From the NCBI GenBank assembly GCA_965224325.1, contig CBDCYT010000006.1, forward strand, positions 45,286 to 109,285: a DNA stretch of 64,000 nucleotides. Reading direction: 5' to 3'. Each line of letters starts with the position of its first letter. Within the stretch, counting starts at the first letter, position 1. The notes under the pieces are model-generated. The model had not been told where the DNA came from and ran no database searches. It saw nothing but the letters and a program-made list of their open reading frames with translations. Shown here piece by piece: positions 37,924-47,943 of the stretch. The position numbers and the translations under genes are program-made. Source of the stretch: Dehalococcoidia bacterium (GTDB taxonomy: Bacteria > Chloroflexota > Dehalococcoidia > Lucifugimonadales > UBA3495).

Positions 37924-37974
37924 GTTGTCTGGATTCACCAGTTGTCCGGATTCACCGGTTGTCCGGATTCAGTA
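37924..37974. repeat. 3 tandem 17-nt units (GTTGTCYGGATTCACCR)
   Basis: Read directly; the last unit overlaps the SDR stop codon; GGACAAC, the complement of GTTGTCC, recurs at 37788 and 37874. Confidence 0.8.
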
Positions 37975-38787
37975 GTAAACCGCGTTGCCGGTGCCGCCTC
38001 CGGCCGCGATAACCTCACCGGTAACGGCCCAGGCTTTGTCGGAAGCTAGGAATGCCGTTAGATAGGCGATCTCGGACGCATCGACCATTCGGCAGATTGC
38101 GTTGCCCCGGGAAGAGCCGGGCGTGAAGTCTTGCTGCTCCATTTCCTCCGCTGAAATGCCAATTTCGGCGGCCCGGGAGGCTAACATACCCGGCGTGCGT
38201 TCAGTTCGGGTGGTCCCGGGATGGATGCAATTGACCGTGATCCCGTGCCGTCCCACGTGGTTTGACAGAGTCTTGGTAAGATGCACCATAGAAACGTTGC
38301 GCGCTCCACCGCTCAGATTGCCGGCGTTGCGGGCGTTGCCGCCACTGATATTGATGATGCGGCCCCATCCCTGCTCATTCATGAATGGAATGGCAGCGCG
38401 AGCGCAGCGCAACGCTCCCACGTACTTCACGTCGAAGTCATTGATCAGGTCATCCTCGTTGACGGTTTCAATAGGTCCGGTTGCGGAAGCCGCTCCGCCC
38501 GGATGCGAGCCGCTATTTACCAGGATATGCAACCCGCCAAGTTGCTCCGCCGCCTCGGCCACGACCCGGTCCACCTGCTCCCGACTGGTCACGTCAAGGG
38601 GCATGGGAATCACTCTCTGGCCGGTCTCGTCCTCGATTTCCCGCGCCGCCGCCTCCAAATCAGCCAGGGTGCGGGAGGCGATGGCCACACCAACCCCTTC
38701 CCGGGCCAGCTCTCGTGCGATGGCCTTGCCGATGCCCCGGCTGCCCCCGGTCACCAGCGCTTTCTTACCTTGCAGTCCTAAGTCCAT
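37969..38787 (-). CDS. SDR-family oxidoreductase
   Basis: 272 aa; VTGGSRGIGKAIA, NSG, catalytic region present. Confidence 0.9.
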   Translation of the reverse strand: MDLGLQGKKALVTGGSRGIGKAIARELAREGVGVAIASRTLADLEAAAREIEDETGQRVIPMPLDVTSREQVDRVVAEAAEQLGGLHILVNSGSHPGGAASATGPIETVNEDDLINDFDVKYVGALRCARAAIPFMNEQGWGRIINISGGNARNAGNLSGGARNVSMVHLTKTLSNHVGRHGITVNCIHPGTTRTERTPGMLASRAAEIGISAEEMEQQDFTPGSSRGNAICRMVDASEIAYLTAFLASDKAWAVTGEVIAAGGGTGNAVYY

Positions 38788-38980
38788 GTTGACCTTCTCC
38801 CGTATCTAATGTGGGTTGCCAGGGACCCGCACATGCGGTATTCGACTTAATCCAGGCTTTATTCTTGCCAAACTCTCGAGGCAAGAGGCACTCGGCCCGA
38901 CCCCTCCAATCTCGCGGTTGTTCATACGGCTTGCCGGCATACGCCGCGGGGCGTAACCGTCGGTGTGGTGAGGAGAGACT

Positions 38981-39910
38981 TTATGGGGAATCCGGGAAGT
39001 GGGAATCCGGGAAGTAGGGCATCACCTCCTGGGCAAAGGTGTCCATGGCACTCCAAAGGGTTTGCACGTCCTCCGCCCGGAAGTTGCAAACCACAGCCGG
39101 AATTCCCAGGTCCGAGTAGTTGCTCATGTCCTCGCGGACTTGCTCGGAAGTCCCCTGCCCAAGGCGGCGGTTACCGGTATCGTTGCCGCTCTCCTCACCC
39201 CCTGCAGCCAGCCGGATGCCCTGGTGGACGGTCACCTGGGGCCCATTGGCGCGTCCCGCCTCCGCGGCCAATTGACGCAACCGGGTCATCCTCTCTTGAA
39301 GGTCGGCCAGAGGCATGGAGGTGGGATGCCAAGCCTCTCCCCAGGCAACCGCACGTTTGAGTGCGGCGTCACTTTTTCCACCTACCCAGATGGGAGGATG
39401 AGGGACTTGCCGCGGCTTTGGTTGGAACCGTACGCCCTCAAAAGAAAAGTAGCGCCCGCTAAAGGTGGTGGGGTCCTCGGTCCAAAGGGCGATCATCAAC
39501 CTCAAGTACTCGTCGGTCCTCCGCCCCCGTTCATTGGATGGGATCCCCAGGGCTTGGAACTCGTCCGGGGCTCCTCCCGCTCCAACGCCGAAGATGACCC
39601 TTCCTTCGGACAAAGTGTCCAACGTAGCCAGCATCTTTGCCGCCACCAAAGGATTTCTGTATGGGACCACGATAACCGTGCTGCCTAACCTGATGGTCTG
39701 GGTGAAGGCAGCCGCATAGCTAAGGACTACAAAGGCGTCGTAAAAAGTTGGTCCGAAGGCGGGCAGAAGATGTTGGGGAGTGACCACGTGGTCACTTACC
39801 CAAACCGAGTGGAAACCCAGGGCCTCGGCACGTTGCGCGGTGATCCGAAGATCATCGGTGGATACTGTTTTACCGTAGTGGGGAAGGCACACGCCAAATT
39901 GCATCTTCAC
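38981..39910 (-). CDS. LLM-class F420-dependent oxidoreductase
   Basis: 309 aa; LSEGRVIFGVGAGG, PHPPIWVGG; C-terminus FPDSHFPDSP is encoded by a 15-nt tandem duplication. Confidence 0.85.
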   Translation of the reverse strand: MKMQFGVCLPHYGKTVSTDDLRITAQRAEALGFHSVWVSDHVVTPQHLLPAFGPTFYDAFVVLSYAAAFTQTIRLGSTVIVVPYRNPLVAAKMLATLDTLSEGRVIFGVGAGGAPDEFQALGIPSNERGRRTDEYLRLMIALWTEDPTTFSGRYFSFEGVRFQPKPRQVPHPPIWVGGKSDAALKRAVAWGEAWHPTSMPLADLQERMTRLRQLAAEAGRANGPQVTVHQGIRLAAGGEESGNDTGNRRLGQGTSEQVREDMSNYSDLGIPAVVCNFRAEDVQTLWSAMDTFAQEVMPYFPDSHFPDSP

Positions 39911-40280
39911 ACCAAAGCGCGTTTGATTCGTTCACGGCGGCCTCCCACGGGGATTGCACGGACTCACGGCATAGACCGGTCCCGGACCCCGCCGGAGGAA
40001 GCGCCGTGACACCTAAAATCGACCGCCAATCGGCTCTATCGCCACCGGCCAAGGCTGATTAGTTAGTCCACTCGAGCCGGAGCGCCGCAGGCGGTGCTGC
40101 CAGGACCCCACTAGGAGGCGCTAGCCGGTTATTTCCCCGGTTATTTTCCCGGAACCAGGCGCCGAAGCAGACGCCCGCGGGCGACGCGGCAGAGTCGCGG
40201 CCAACGGGGAGACGCCGGCGCTGCACTTCGTTGTCGCCTGCAGAGTGCCGGGGACTACGGGGCCTCGACCCCGCTCCGGG

Positions 40281-41387
40281 TTAACCGGCGCCCAGGCCAG
40301 CTAGCTGGGGCATGACCTCTTCGGCCAGAAGACGCATAGACTTTTCGTAGGCCGGCCTATTGTCCGAGTGATCGTAGGTGAGCCATAGAAGAGTGCCGAA
40401 CCCGCCCACCATCTCGTACAGGTCCCGGATTTTGTTGGTGACTGTGCTGGGAGACCCCACCAGCCACAGGCGGTCCGCCAGGTACTCAAGGGTTACGGCC
40501 TCGTCCGGAATACTCTCGTCGTGCTTCATGGAACGTAGGAAGGGATAGGCGCCAAAGGAGAAAAGGGGATGCAGGTATTCTCGCCAGACCCGGCCCTGCA
40601 TACTGTTCAACGCGCCGTCGAGGGCTTCCTCGTCCGTGTCTGCAATCCAGACATCTCTAACGATGCGCCAGTCGCCCCGGGAAGGGGCTGGACGGCCGGC
40701 ATCGGCGGCGCCCTTTTCCACGGCGTCCCAATGACTCGCCACATACACCGCGTTCAGGCCCAGGCTCATGGGAATGTAGCCTCGTTCTCCCGCAATCTTA
40801 AGCGTCTCCGAACTGGGGCTGGCGGCGGCGACCCCGATGGGCGGATGAGGCTTTTGAAACGGCGTCATGAAGGTCCGCAGGTTGGCGAACTCGGTATTCT
40901 TGGGATCGGGAATGTTGAAGTTCCAGTACTTGCCTTCGTAATGAAAGGGGCCGTCCGGGTGCTCCCATATTTTCAGGATGATGTCCAGGGATTCTCTGGT
41001 CATCTCCCTATGCTGTCCGGCTTCCATGTTTACGTTGAACATCTCGTGATCGGTGGGGAGCCCTCCCGACCCGATGCCGAACATAAACCGGCCCTGCGCC
41101 ATGTGGTCGAGGTATGCCACCCGGTGGGCCAATTCGACTGGGTGGTGGAACGGGAGCAGGTGGGCGCCGGTTCCCAGCTTGATGTTCTCGGTCCGGGTCA
41201 ACGCTTGAGCAATCAGCAGGTCGGGAGCGGGAACAGGTTCCCATGGCGCGGTGAAGTGCTCTCCTACCCACGCTTCACTGAATGCCAGCTTGTCCGCTTG
41301 GGAGATAACATCCAGGTCCCACCGGAGTGCCTCAATCGGCGCCCGTTCCGGCGGATGTGACGGCATCAAAAATAGACCGGCTTTCAT
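40281..41387 (-). CDS. LLM-class flavin-dependent oxidoreductase/monooxygenase
   Basis: 368 aa from ATG 41387 (GGAGGG upstream); MAQGRFMFGIGSGG, PHPPIGVAA. Confidence 0.85.
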   Translation of the reverse strand: MKAGLFLMPSHPPERAPIEALRWDLDVISQADKLAFSEAWVGEHFTAPWEPVPAPDLLIAQALTRTENIKLGTGAHLLPFHHPVELAHRVAYLDHMAQGRFMFGIGSGGLPTDHEMFNVNMEAGQHREMTRESLDIILKIWEHPDGPFHYEGKYWNFNIPDPKNTEFANLRTFMTPFQKPHPPIGVAAASPSSETLKIAGERGYIPMSLGLNAVYVASHWDAVEKGAADAGRPAPSRGDWRIVRDVWIADTDEEALDGALNSMQGRVWREYLHPLFSFGAYPFLRSMKHDESIPDEAVTLEYLADRLWLVGSPSTVTNKIRDLYEMVGGFGTLLWLTYDHSDNRPAYEKSMRLLAEEVMPQLAGLGAG

Positions 41388-41537
41388 GTGCCCTCCACGT
41401 TTAGCGAATTGGATTCCATTTAACCATGTATGGCTAGCCATCTGGGGCGCGTCGGGACGCGCGCAGCCACGTCGCCCGGTCTTGATTCAGCGAAGTCCTA
41501 TTATGTTCCTCCTGTTGTCGCCCCCAGCCCGCCCCGG

Positions 41538-42389
41538 CTAACGGAGCAGCGCCTCGGCCATCCTCTCAAGTTGCTCATCCATCTCGGCCTCGGTGTCGCA
41601 GTGCTCAGGCCACACGGCTACCCGGTCCGCGCCCGCGTTTAGATAAGCTTGTATTTGCCCCCTGTCGGTGTCCGGGGGCAGACCGAACGCGGATATGGTA
41701 AGAGAGGCCGGGTCTCGTCCTCTTTCAGCAGCCAAGGTGTCTAGGATTTTGCGGCCGTCTTCTATCTGGCTGGGAGTGGCGCGAGTGGGAAGCCAACCGT
41801 CACCCCACCTCACGACTCGTTGCAGTACGTTCCGAGCGTTACCGCCCAGGAGCACCGGCGGGTGGGGCTTCTGCGCGGGTTTGGGATAACAGTAAACCGG
41901 GGGGAAATCATAATACCGGCCGTGAAACTCCGCTTCATCCTCCGTCCACAGCTTTTTCAACACCTGGACAGCTTCCTGGGTCTGGGTCCAACGGTGGTCG
42001 AAGTCACCTCCCATTATGGTGGTTTCCTCACGGTTCCAACCGGCGCCGATTCCGAACACAAACCTGCCGCCGCTATATTGGTCCAGGGCCGAAATTGCCT
42101 TGGCCAGTTCCAGGGGATTGCGCTCGGGAACTAGGGTGATGCCCGTGGCTAACTTTATTTTGCTGGTGACGGCCGATGCTCTGGCCAAGGCGATGTACGG
42201 GTCGGTGAAGTGGCGGTAGGTCTCCGGGATGGGGCCACCGGTCAAGGGAAAGGGACTGTCACTGTGCACCGGCAGTATGGGGTGCTCATGATACCAGAGG
42301 GACTCGAAGCCCAATTCCTCGGATTTGCGAGCGATAAAAGCCGGGTCTATGGTGTAAGCGGGCAGGGGTACGACAATTCCGACGGACAT
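41538..42389 (-). CDS. LLM-class F420-dependent oxidoreductase
   Basis: 283 aa from ATG 42389 (GAGGAG upstream); YSGGRFVFGIGAGW, PHPPVLLGG. Confidence 0.85.
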   Translation of the reverse strand: MSVGIVVPLPAYTIDPAFIARKSEELGFESLWYHEHPILPVHSDSPFPLTGGPIPETYRHFTDPYIALARASAVTSKIKLATGITLVPERNPLELAKAISALDQYSGGRFVFGIGAGWNREETTIMGGDFDHRWTQTQEAVQVLKKLWTEDEAEFHGRYYDFPPVYCYPKPAQKPHPPVLLGGNARNVLQRVVRWGDGWLPTRATPSQIEDGRKILDTLAAERGRDPASLTISAFGLPPDTDRGQIQAYLNAGADRVAVWPEHCDTEAEMDEQLERMAEALLR

Positions 42390-42425
42390 GTGAATTACTC
42401 CTCGAAGCCGGTAGCGAGCTACCTT

Positions 42426-42497
42426 CTTAAATCCGGTCTCCTTAGATGCAGTCCCAAGGGGCTTAAATGGGGTCTCCTTAAATTCAATCCCAAGGGG
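42426..42497. repeat. 2 tandem 36-nt units (CTTAAATSSGGTCTCCTTARATKCARTCCCAAGGGG)
   Basis: Read directly in the intergenic region just upstream of the LLM start at 42389. Confidence 0.8.
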
Positions 42498-42524
42498 GCC
42501 CAAGCGCGGTTGGCAGGGCGGCGT

Positions 42525-43493
42525 TTAGTTACCAAATCCCCGGGCATATAGCTCCCGGAGGAGGATCAAGTGTTCCGGTGGTATGGGCGGCAGATCGACG
42601 CAACCGGCGATTTCTTGGGTCTCTGCCAGGTTCTTTACCCCCGGAACCGTAGTGTGGATGTCCTGGTTCATCAGACTGAACACCATGGCTGCTTGAGACA
42701 GATTGCGGATGGGTCCTTCCAGCAAAAAGCCTAAAGTCTTTGAGCTGGCCGCATCTTGCGCCAGCAAGCTGCCGGGCGGGACCGGGCGGTCCACCTCTTC
42801 ACTCAGGGCCCCCGCGGCGTGGGACCGGATGCCAATGACTCCCATGTTCAGCGATTTTGCCAAGGGGATAATCTGTCCGTTGTCGAAAATTGACACTCCG
42901 GCCGGCGGCGGCTCTTGCGCCGTGAAGTTCAATAGGTTGTAATAGGCCAGCACGGTGTCATAGTGGCTGCTTTCCATGATCCGCTTCATTGTGGGGATGT
43001 GGGGTTCCATCGCCGACAGACCGATGAACCTGGTTTTGCCTGCTCGCTGCGCGTCAAGGAAGGCCTTCAGCACGGGGCCCAACGCGTCGTCAGCGGAAAG
43101 GGAATCGGGAGAGTCGCCGCGGTGCTCGGTAAACCGGTTGTGCACGTGCAGCACGTCCACGGCGTCCATTCGCAAGCGTCTCAAGCTGGTGTCCACCGAG
43201 CGGCTGACGGCGGTTTTAACGTCGCCCATCTCGTCGGCCCGGAGCCGCACTTTGGTGGCCACGATAGCCTGGTCCGGGCGGCCGTGGAGCGCAAGGCCCA
43301 GCGCCTCTTCAGCCTTGCCGTCACCATAGGCAGGCGCCACGTCGAAGAAGTTGATCCCCAGGTCCAAGGCGCCGTGAATGGCCCGCACTGACTCCTCTTC
43401 GCTGGTAGGACCCCAGACTTGGCCGATGCCTCCGCCGCCGAAGCCGGCTCGTGACACTCGCAGGCCGGTGCGGCCCAGTGTGGCGTAATCCAC
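42525..43493 (-). CDS. aldo/keto reductase
   Basis: 322 aa; GINFFDVAPAYGDGKAEE and other AKR signatures. Confidence 0.9.
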   Translation of the reverse strand: MDYATLGRTGLRVSRAGFGGGGIGQVWGPTSEEESVRAIHGALDLGINFFDVAPAYGDGKAEEALGLALHGRPDQAIVATKVRLRADEMGDVKTAVSRSVDTSLRRLRMDAVDVLHVHNRFTEHRGDSPDSLSADDALGPVLKAFLDAQRAGKTRFIGLSAMEPHIPTMKRIMESSHYDTVLAYYNLLNFTAQEPPPAGVSIFDNGQIIPLAKSLNMGVIGIRSHAAGALSEEVDRPVPPGSLLAQDAASSKTLGFLLEGPIRNLSQAAMVFSLMNQDIHTTVPGVKNLAETQEIAGCVDLPPIPPEHLILLRELYARGFGN

Positions 43494-43957
43494 AGGTGTC
43501 CACCCCCTTCTGTTGGAGATTGGAACGCCGGCGCATCGGGCCGGGACCTTCAGACCAAAAGCCTCGCACCGCGCGGGGCTGCGTTTCCAGCCTGGCCCCG
43601 CACAGGGCTAACATTCTGTCGTGTTCAGTTGTAATTCGTCGGGTTGCCTTCGGAACAGATGAGCAGCGCGGCCCCAAGTTGGCTGCCCTGCCAATAATCA
43701 ACACCAGCTAGAAGGAGAAGCGGGCTTCCCTCTGCCGGTCGCCGAATCAACGCGTGTCCCTGATTTTGGACCCAACTTAGCAAGACGCTGTCACCGGAAG
43801 GCGTCCTTTACGATGTTCTTCAGGTGTTTTTCGCGGGTGGTTACTCAACAATCCCGATAACAACGCTGTGGATATCGACGTTTGGGCCGCTAGGACGCTA
43901 TGATGGCGCATTATACTCGGGTCAAATTACCCGGGCAACTTGACGTATAGCTGTGGC

Positions 43958-44244
43958 AGGGCCTTTTCATTTTTGGGCTGGCTCGCATAGTTCCCTTCTC
44001 CGGGTTGACTCGCATGGTTGCCGTCTCTGGTTTGGCTCGCATGGTTCCCGTCATTCCCGCGAAAGCGGGAATCCACTACGCCCTGCCATATGACAAACTC
44101 CCGGGGCAAGGCGGTATGGATTCCCGCTTTCGCGGGAATGACGGAAGGCGAGAACGACGGAAGGCGGGAATGACGGAAGCGCGGGAATGACGGAAGCGCG
44201 GGAATGACGGAGGGCGGGAATGGAGGAGGAATGAAAAAGCCCTG
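43958..44244 (+). mobile_element. type II mosaic MITE-like element, copy b
   Basis: 10/11 direct repeat at the ends (ATAGCTGTGGC 43947-43957; ATAGCTGTAGC 44245-44255). Terminal inverted repeat AGGGCCTTTTCATT / AATGAAAAAGCCCT (13/14). Contains 3 x 27-nt units, two opposed hairpin modules and about 6 x 16-nt units (44134-44232). Confidence 0.7.
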
Positions 44245-44489
44245 ATAGCTGTAGCGCCCGCCGCATCCAGAAATATCGCCGGCCGCCAGCCCCACGAAAG
44301 CAAGAGTCCAAAAAGCCGGCCCATGGGTTTCCATCCTCGCGCTTCGCGGGACGAATTTATCGAGCACCCGCATATGCGCATGATTATGCGTATGCTCCGT
44401 CCGGGTTGCTGTTTTTGAGTGATATACTCGTCTCTGGAACGTCCCGTTTATTCGTTACAAATCTACGGAGAGACAGGAGAGCAACGGAA

Positions 44490-44993
44490 TTGATTCGGCG
44501 AATGATAGGCGTTGCGCTGCTACGCGTAGAAATCTATGAAGAGGTTGAGGAGGACCGCAACGCGACACTACAAGCGTTGGCGATCGTAATACTCGTCGGC
44601 CTTGCAACGGGTATAAGCAACCTGGGAGGCGGGAACGCGACCGGATTCGCGGTCGGCCTGGTGATATCGATTGCCGGCTGGGCCTTGTGGGCCTGGCTCA
44701 CCTATTTCATAGGCACAACCATGCTGAGAACCGCCGACACACATGCGAACTGGGGACAGCTGGCGCGGACCTTGGCTTTTGCCCAGTCTCCCGGAATACT
44801 GAAAGTCCTCGGACTACTACCGGGCATTGGCCCTGTATTGTTCGCTTTGGTGTCAATCTGGCAGTTGGTGGCTATGGTCATCGCCATCAGGCAGGCCCTA
44901 GACTACACCTCCACCATGCGAGCCTTGTTGGTGGCGGTGATCGGCTTCATTGCGTACGCCGTGATGACCAGCTTAGTGTTAGCGTTTCTATGA
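44490..44993 (+). CDS. Yip1-family membrane protein
   Basis: Polytopic; N-terminal EIYEEVEEDRNATLQAL and multi-TM core typical of Yip1-domain proteins. Start uncertain: TTG 44490 has AGGAGA 9 nt upstream; ATG 44502 and the longest ORF from 44406 are alternatives. Confidence 0.6.
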   Translation: MIRRMIGVALLRVEIYEEVEEDRNATLQALAIVILVGLATGISNLGGGNATGFAVGLVISIAGWALWAWLTYFIGTTMLRTADTHANWGQLARTLAFAQSPGILKVLGLLPGIGPVLFALVSIWQLVAMVIAIRQALDYTSTMRALLVAVIGFIAYAVMTSLVLAFL

Positions 44994-45184
44994 GCCGGCC
45001 GGCCGGGTAATCTTTGGCCGCCGCCGGGGTGCTGGCAAGGGGTCACGGTCCGCCGGGCCTGAGAACAAGGTGTGCGTGCGGCGGTCCTCCGGCGTCCCGC
45101 CTGCCGCCATGATTCGGACAGGGGCAGTCCATTCCAGGCAAGGATTCATCCCGATGGGCGCCCCTAGCCTCGTGGTTCCGCGCC

Positions 45185-45481
45185 TTACTCTTGGTAAATG
45201 ACTTCGAGGTATTCCACAGTGGGAGCTTCGGTAATAACCGCGGCAACCTTGTCGATTTGGGAACTGAATGAACCCTGACTGCTCTCTACCGCCCGGGCGT
45301 CGGACTCGCTTTCCCACAAGCTCATCCCAATAGCCCGGTTCGTGTTACGGTCCGTCAGCACCATGACTCCTTTGAAGCCTTGCTGCGCCCTAGCTGGGGG
45401 CACCATGGAATCGCGGAAAATCTGGACAAACTCGTCCATCTGGCCGAATTTAACTTGAATCACACCAAATCTTGCCCACAT
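45185..45481 (-). CDS. ABM/Dabb-fold (antibiotic-biosynthesis-monooxygenase-like) protein
   Basis: 98 aa; ferredoxin-like pattern with GMSLWESESDARA. Confidence 0.55.
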   Translation of the reverse strand: MWARFGVIQVKFGQMDEFVQIFRDSMVPPARAQQGFKGVMVLTDRNTNRAIGMSLWESESDARAVESSQGSFSSQIDKVAAVITEAPTVEYLEVIYQE

Positions 45482-46015
45482 GCTTGTTCTCCTACTGGGT
45501 AACTAGGCTTCGGGTTATCGCCCCGTCCCGCCAACGGAATTATAGACAGTGTGCTGTGCAACGCCAAGTTGACCTGGGGTGCGTTGCGAGCCGTCTAGCC
45601 AGCTGAATTCATCCGCAGGAATCCCTTTAGAGCGACGGGTTGGAACGACGGGTTAAGGCCTATTCTACCGGCGGCCCGTTTCACGGCTCCCGCCTATCAT
45701 GGGCAAGCTTAGCTGGGAGCTAACGCAAATCGTCCATGATCACGGTCTTGGGTAAATCGCTAAGATCTTGCTTTAGCTGGGAGGCGATCTCCGCTGAGTA
45801 GAAACACCGTCGCTGAGATGACTCTTGGCGGGTGAGAATAGAACGGCCAACCCTGGAAGAGTCGGCTTGGAGCATTGTCCCAGACGTGATCAGGCCCGAA
45901 CCGTAACTGCTCGCGTCCCTTCTAGAATCCGTCCGCCGGACCAGTATCCGCAGACCGTACCGGATGTCGGGGCAACATAGGCGCCCCCGGATATTGGACT
46001 CTCAGCGTGGACACC

Positions 46016-46045
46016 AAAGAAAAAGACCACGAATGACGCGGTCTT
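46016..46045 (-). terminator. intrinsic terminator downstream of tRNA-Pro
   Basis: Minus-strand RNA AAGACCGC-GUCAUUC-GUGGUCUU followed by UUUCUUU. Confidence 0.6.
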
Positions 46046-46076
46046 CAGATAAGGCTTGGGCTTTTTCCCGGTTGTT

Positions 46077-46153
46077 TGGTCGGGGCGCCCGGATTTGAAC
46101 CGGGGGCCCCCTGCACCCCATGCAGGTGCGCTACCTGGCTGCGCTACGCCCCG
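46077..46153 (-). tRNA. tRNA-Pro (anticodon GGG), CCA encoded
   Basis: Hand-folded cloverleaf: acceptor CGGGGCG/CGCCCCG, D arm GCGC..GCGC, anticodon arm CCTGC-AT GGG GT-GCAGG, T arm CCCGG-TTCAAAT-CCGGG. Confidence 0.9.
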
Positions 46154-46403
46154 ACGGGAGCCATTATATACCATGGGAGGTTCACCTGGCACCGGGCATA
46201 CCTGCACCCACCGCTAAGAGCCCTCCAAAACTGGCGATTCCGGGCCCGTCGCGCCTATAATTACGGCCACATACCGGCAGAAGCCCCGTTCCTGGTCCGT
46301 ATTCGTATCGAATCCTTCACAGACGTTGCGCTTGGTCCCGCCTCGGCAGGGCAAGGGGCGGCCGGAATCGGGAGCCGGACAAGCTAAGACAGGGAGGTTA
46401 CTG

Positions 46404-47675
46404 ATGGGCGGACCATTGGCCGGGGTGAAGGTGTTGGATTTCACCGAGGTTATCGCTGGCCCTCTAGCCGGGAGATTGCTGGCGGAGATGGGCGCCGAAG
46501 TGATCAAAATCGAGCCTCCTTGGGGCGACCCGTGGCGAACGACCCAGCCGTTCATGCCCCAGGAGAGCCGTTCCTTCATTACCTACAACCGAGGGAAGCG
46601 CAGCTTGCCCCTGGACCTGACCAAGCCGGAGGCTCAAGAGGTCCTGGGCCGGTTGGCGTCCGAGACGGACGTGGTCCTGGTCAACTACCGTCCCGACGTT
46701 GCAGTCAAGCTGGGAGTGGACTACGACACCCTGGCCCAGGTGAATCCCCGCCTCATCTACTGCGAGATGACCGCCTACGGCCGGCAGGGACCGGATGCCC
46801 ACCGGCCTGGCTACGACATGATCCTTCAGGCCATGACCGGAATGATGGCCGCCGAGAATAAGACCATCGACGGCATTCCGCAGTGGGTCTGGTCTAGCCC
46901 GGTCATAGACACCACCTCTGGAATGTGCATGGCCTGGTGCGTGTGCGCGGCTTTGTTCGCCCGGGAGCAAACGGGCCGGGGCCAAAAAATAGAGACCTCT
47001 CTCCTGGCGTCGGCTCTATTCTTGATGGGGTCCCGATTGCTCCAGGTGGAGGACAGGGACCAAGAAGCTCGCGCGGAGGCGCTGAAGGAAATCACCGCCG
47101 GACGCGCCGCCCAGGCTCCTTTCGAAGAGCTGGTGGCGATCTCGCCGGGCAGCCGCCGCTTGCTTTACCACGGGAACGTTTACTACCGGGTTTACGATAC
47201 CAAGGACGCCCCCATTGCCGTCGGCTGTCTCAGCGACCCTTTGCGACGCCGGTTGTTGGATGCCCTGGGCCTCACGGACGTCAATCTGGAATCGGGTTAC
47301 GACCCCAATACCCCCGAGGCCCAGGAGTACGTTCATTCGCTATTGAAACGGGCCGAAGCCGTGTTTCGCCAGAAAACCTCCGGGGAGTGGCTGGCGCTAT
47401 TTGAGCAGCAAAGCATCCCGGCCGGACCGCTGCGGTTCGTGGAGGAGTTGATCGAAGACCCCCAGGTCCTGGCCAACGGCCTGCTGGTTGAGGTGGAGCA
47501 TCAAGCCGCCGGAAGGTTGAAGACACTGGGGCCGGTAGCCCAGTTTAGCGAGACGCCTTTCCCGTCTGCCTCCTCCTCTCCCACCTTGGGTCAGCACACC
47601 GCGGAAATCCTCAAGGAACTGGGTTACAGCGATGAAGACATCCTGAGGTGGCGCCAGGCTGGAGTAGTAAGTTAG
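46404..47675 (+). CDS. class-III CoA-transferase (CaiB/BaiF family)
   Basis: 423 aa from ATG 46404 (AGGGAGG upstream); GVKVLDFTEVIAGPLAGRLLAEMGAEVIKIEPP. Confidence 0.9.
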   Translation: MGGPLAGVKVLDFTEVIAGPLAGRLLAEMGAEVIKIEPPWGDPWRTTQPFMPQESRSFITYNRGKRSLPLDLTKPEAQEVLGRLASETDVVLVNYRPDVAVKLGVDYDTLAQVNPRLIYCEMTAYGRQGPDAHRPGYDMILQAMTGMMAAENKTIDGIPQWVWSSPVIDTTSGMCMAWCVCAALFAREQTGRGQKIETSLLASALFLMGSRLLQVEDRDQEARAEALKEITAGRAAQAPFEELVAISPGSRRLLYHGNVYYRVYDTKDAPIAVGCLSDPLRRRLLDALGLTDVNLESGYDPNTPEAQEYVHSLLKRAEAVFRQKTSGEWLALFEQQSIPAGPLRFVEELIEDPQVLANGLLVEVEHQAAGRLKTLGPVAQFSETPFPSASSSPTLGQHTAEILKELGYSDEDILRWRQAGVVS

Positions 47676-47943
47676 CGTTGGGTCCACGGCCCCAAGCGCA
47701 CCTTCAGCCCGAGCGTACCTTCGAACCGAGAAAGCGCCGCGCTAAAGCATGGCCTAGCGCTAAGTTGACGGCCCGCAACCGCGTCCTAGCATGGCGGCGG
47801 CGGGCTCTTACGTAACCCCACCCGGAGTGGCTTGAATACAAGGCCGGAGCCGGGGGTTCGCCGGCGCCTCGCCCGGTTGGTTATCAGCCGGCCATCTTTG
47901 GGTCTTCCGCCGGTCCTGCCCGGCTGGAATGGGCGAGTTTGTC

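Noticed and set aside
43927-44381. ORFs of 148, 101, 86 and 61 aa over type II copy b
   Set aside because: They translate the repeats. There is no RBS and they overlap on both strands.
45720-45875. 51-codon minus-strand ORF (MLQADSSRVGRSILTRQESSQRRCFYSAEIASQLKQDLSDLPKTVIMDDLR) near tRNA-Pro, considered as an integrase or antitoxin remnant
   Set aside because: It has no RBS and no recognisable motif, and it is too short to support.
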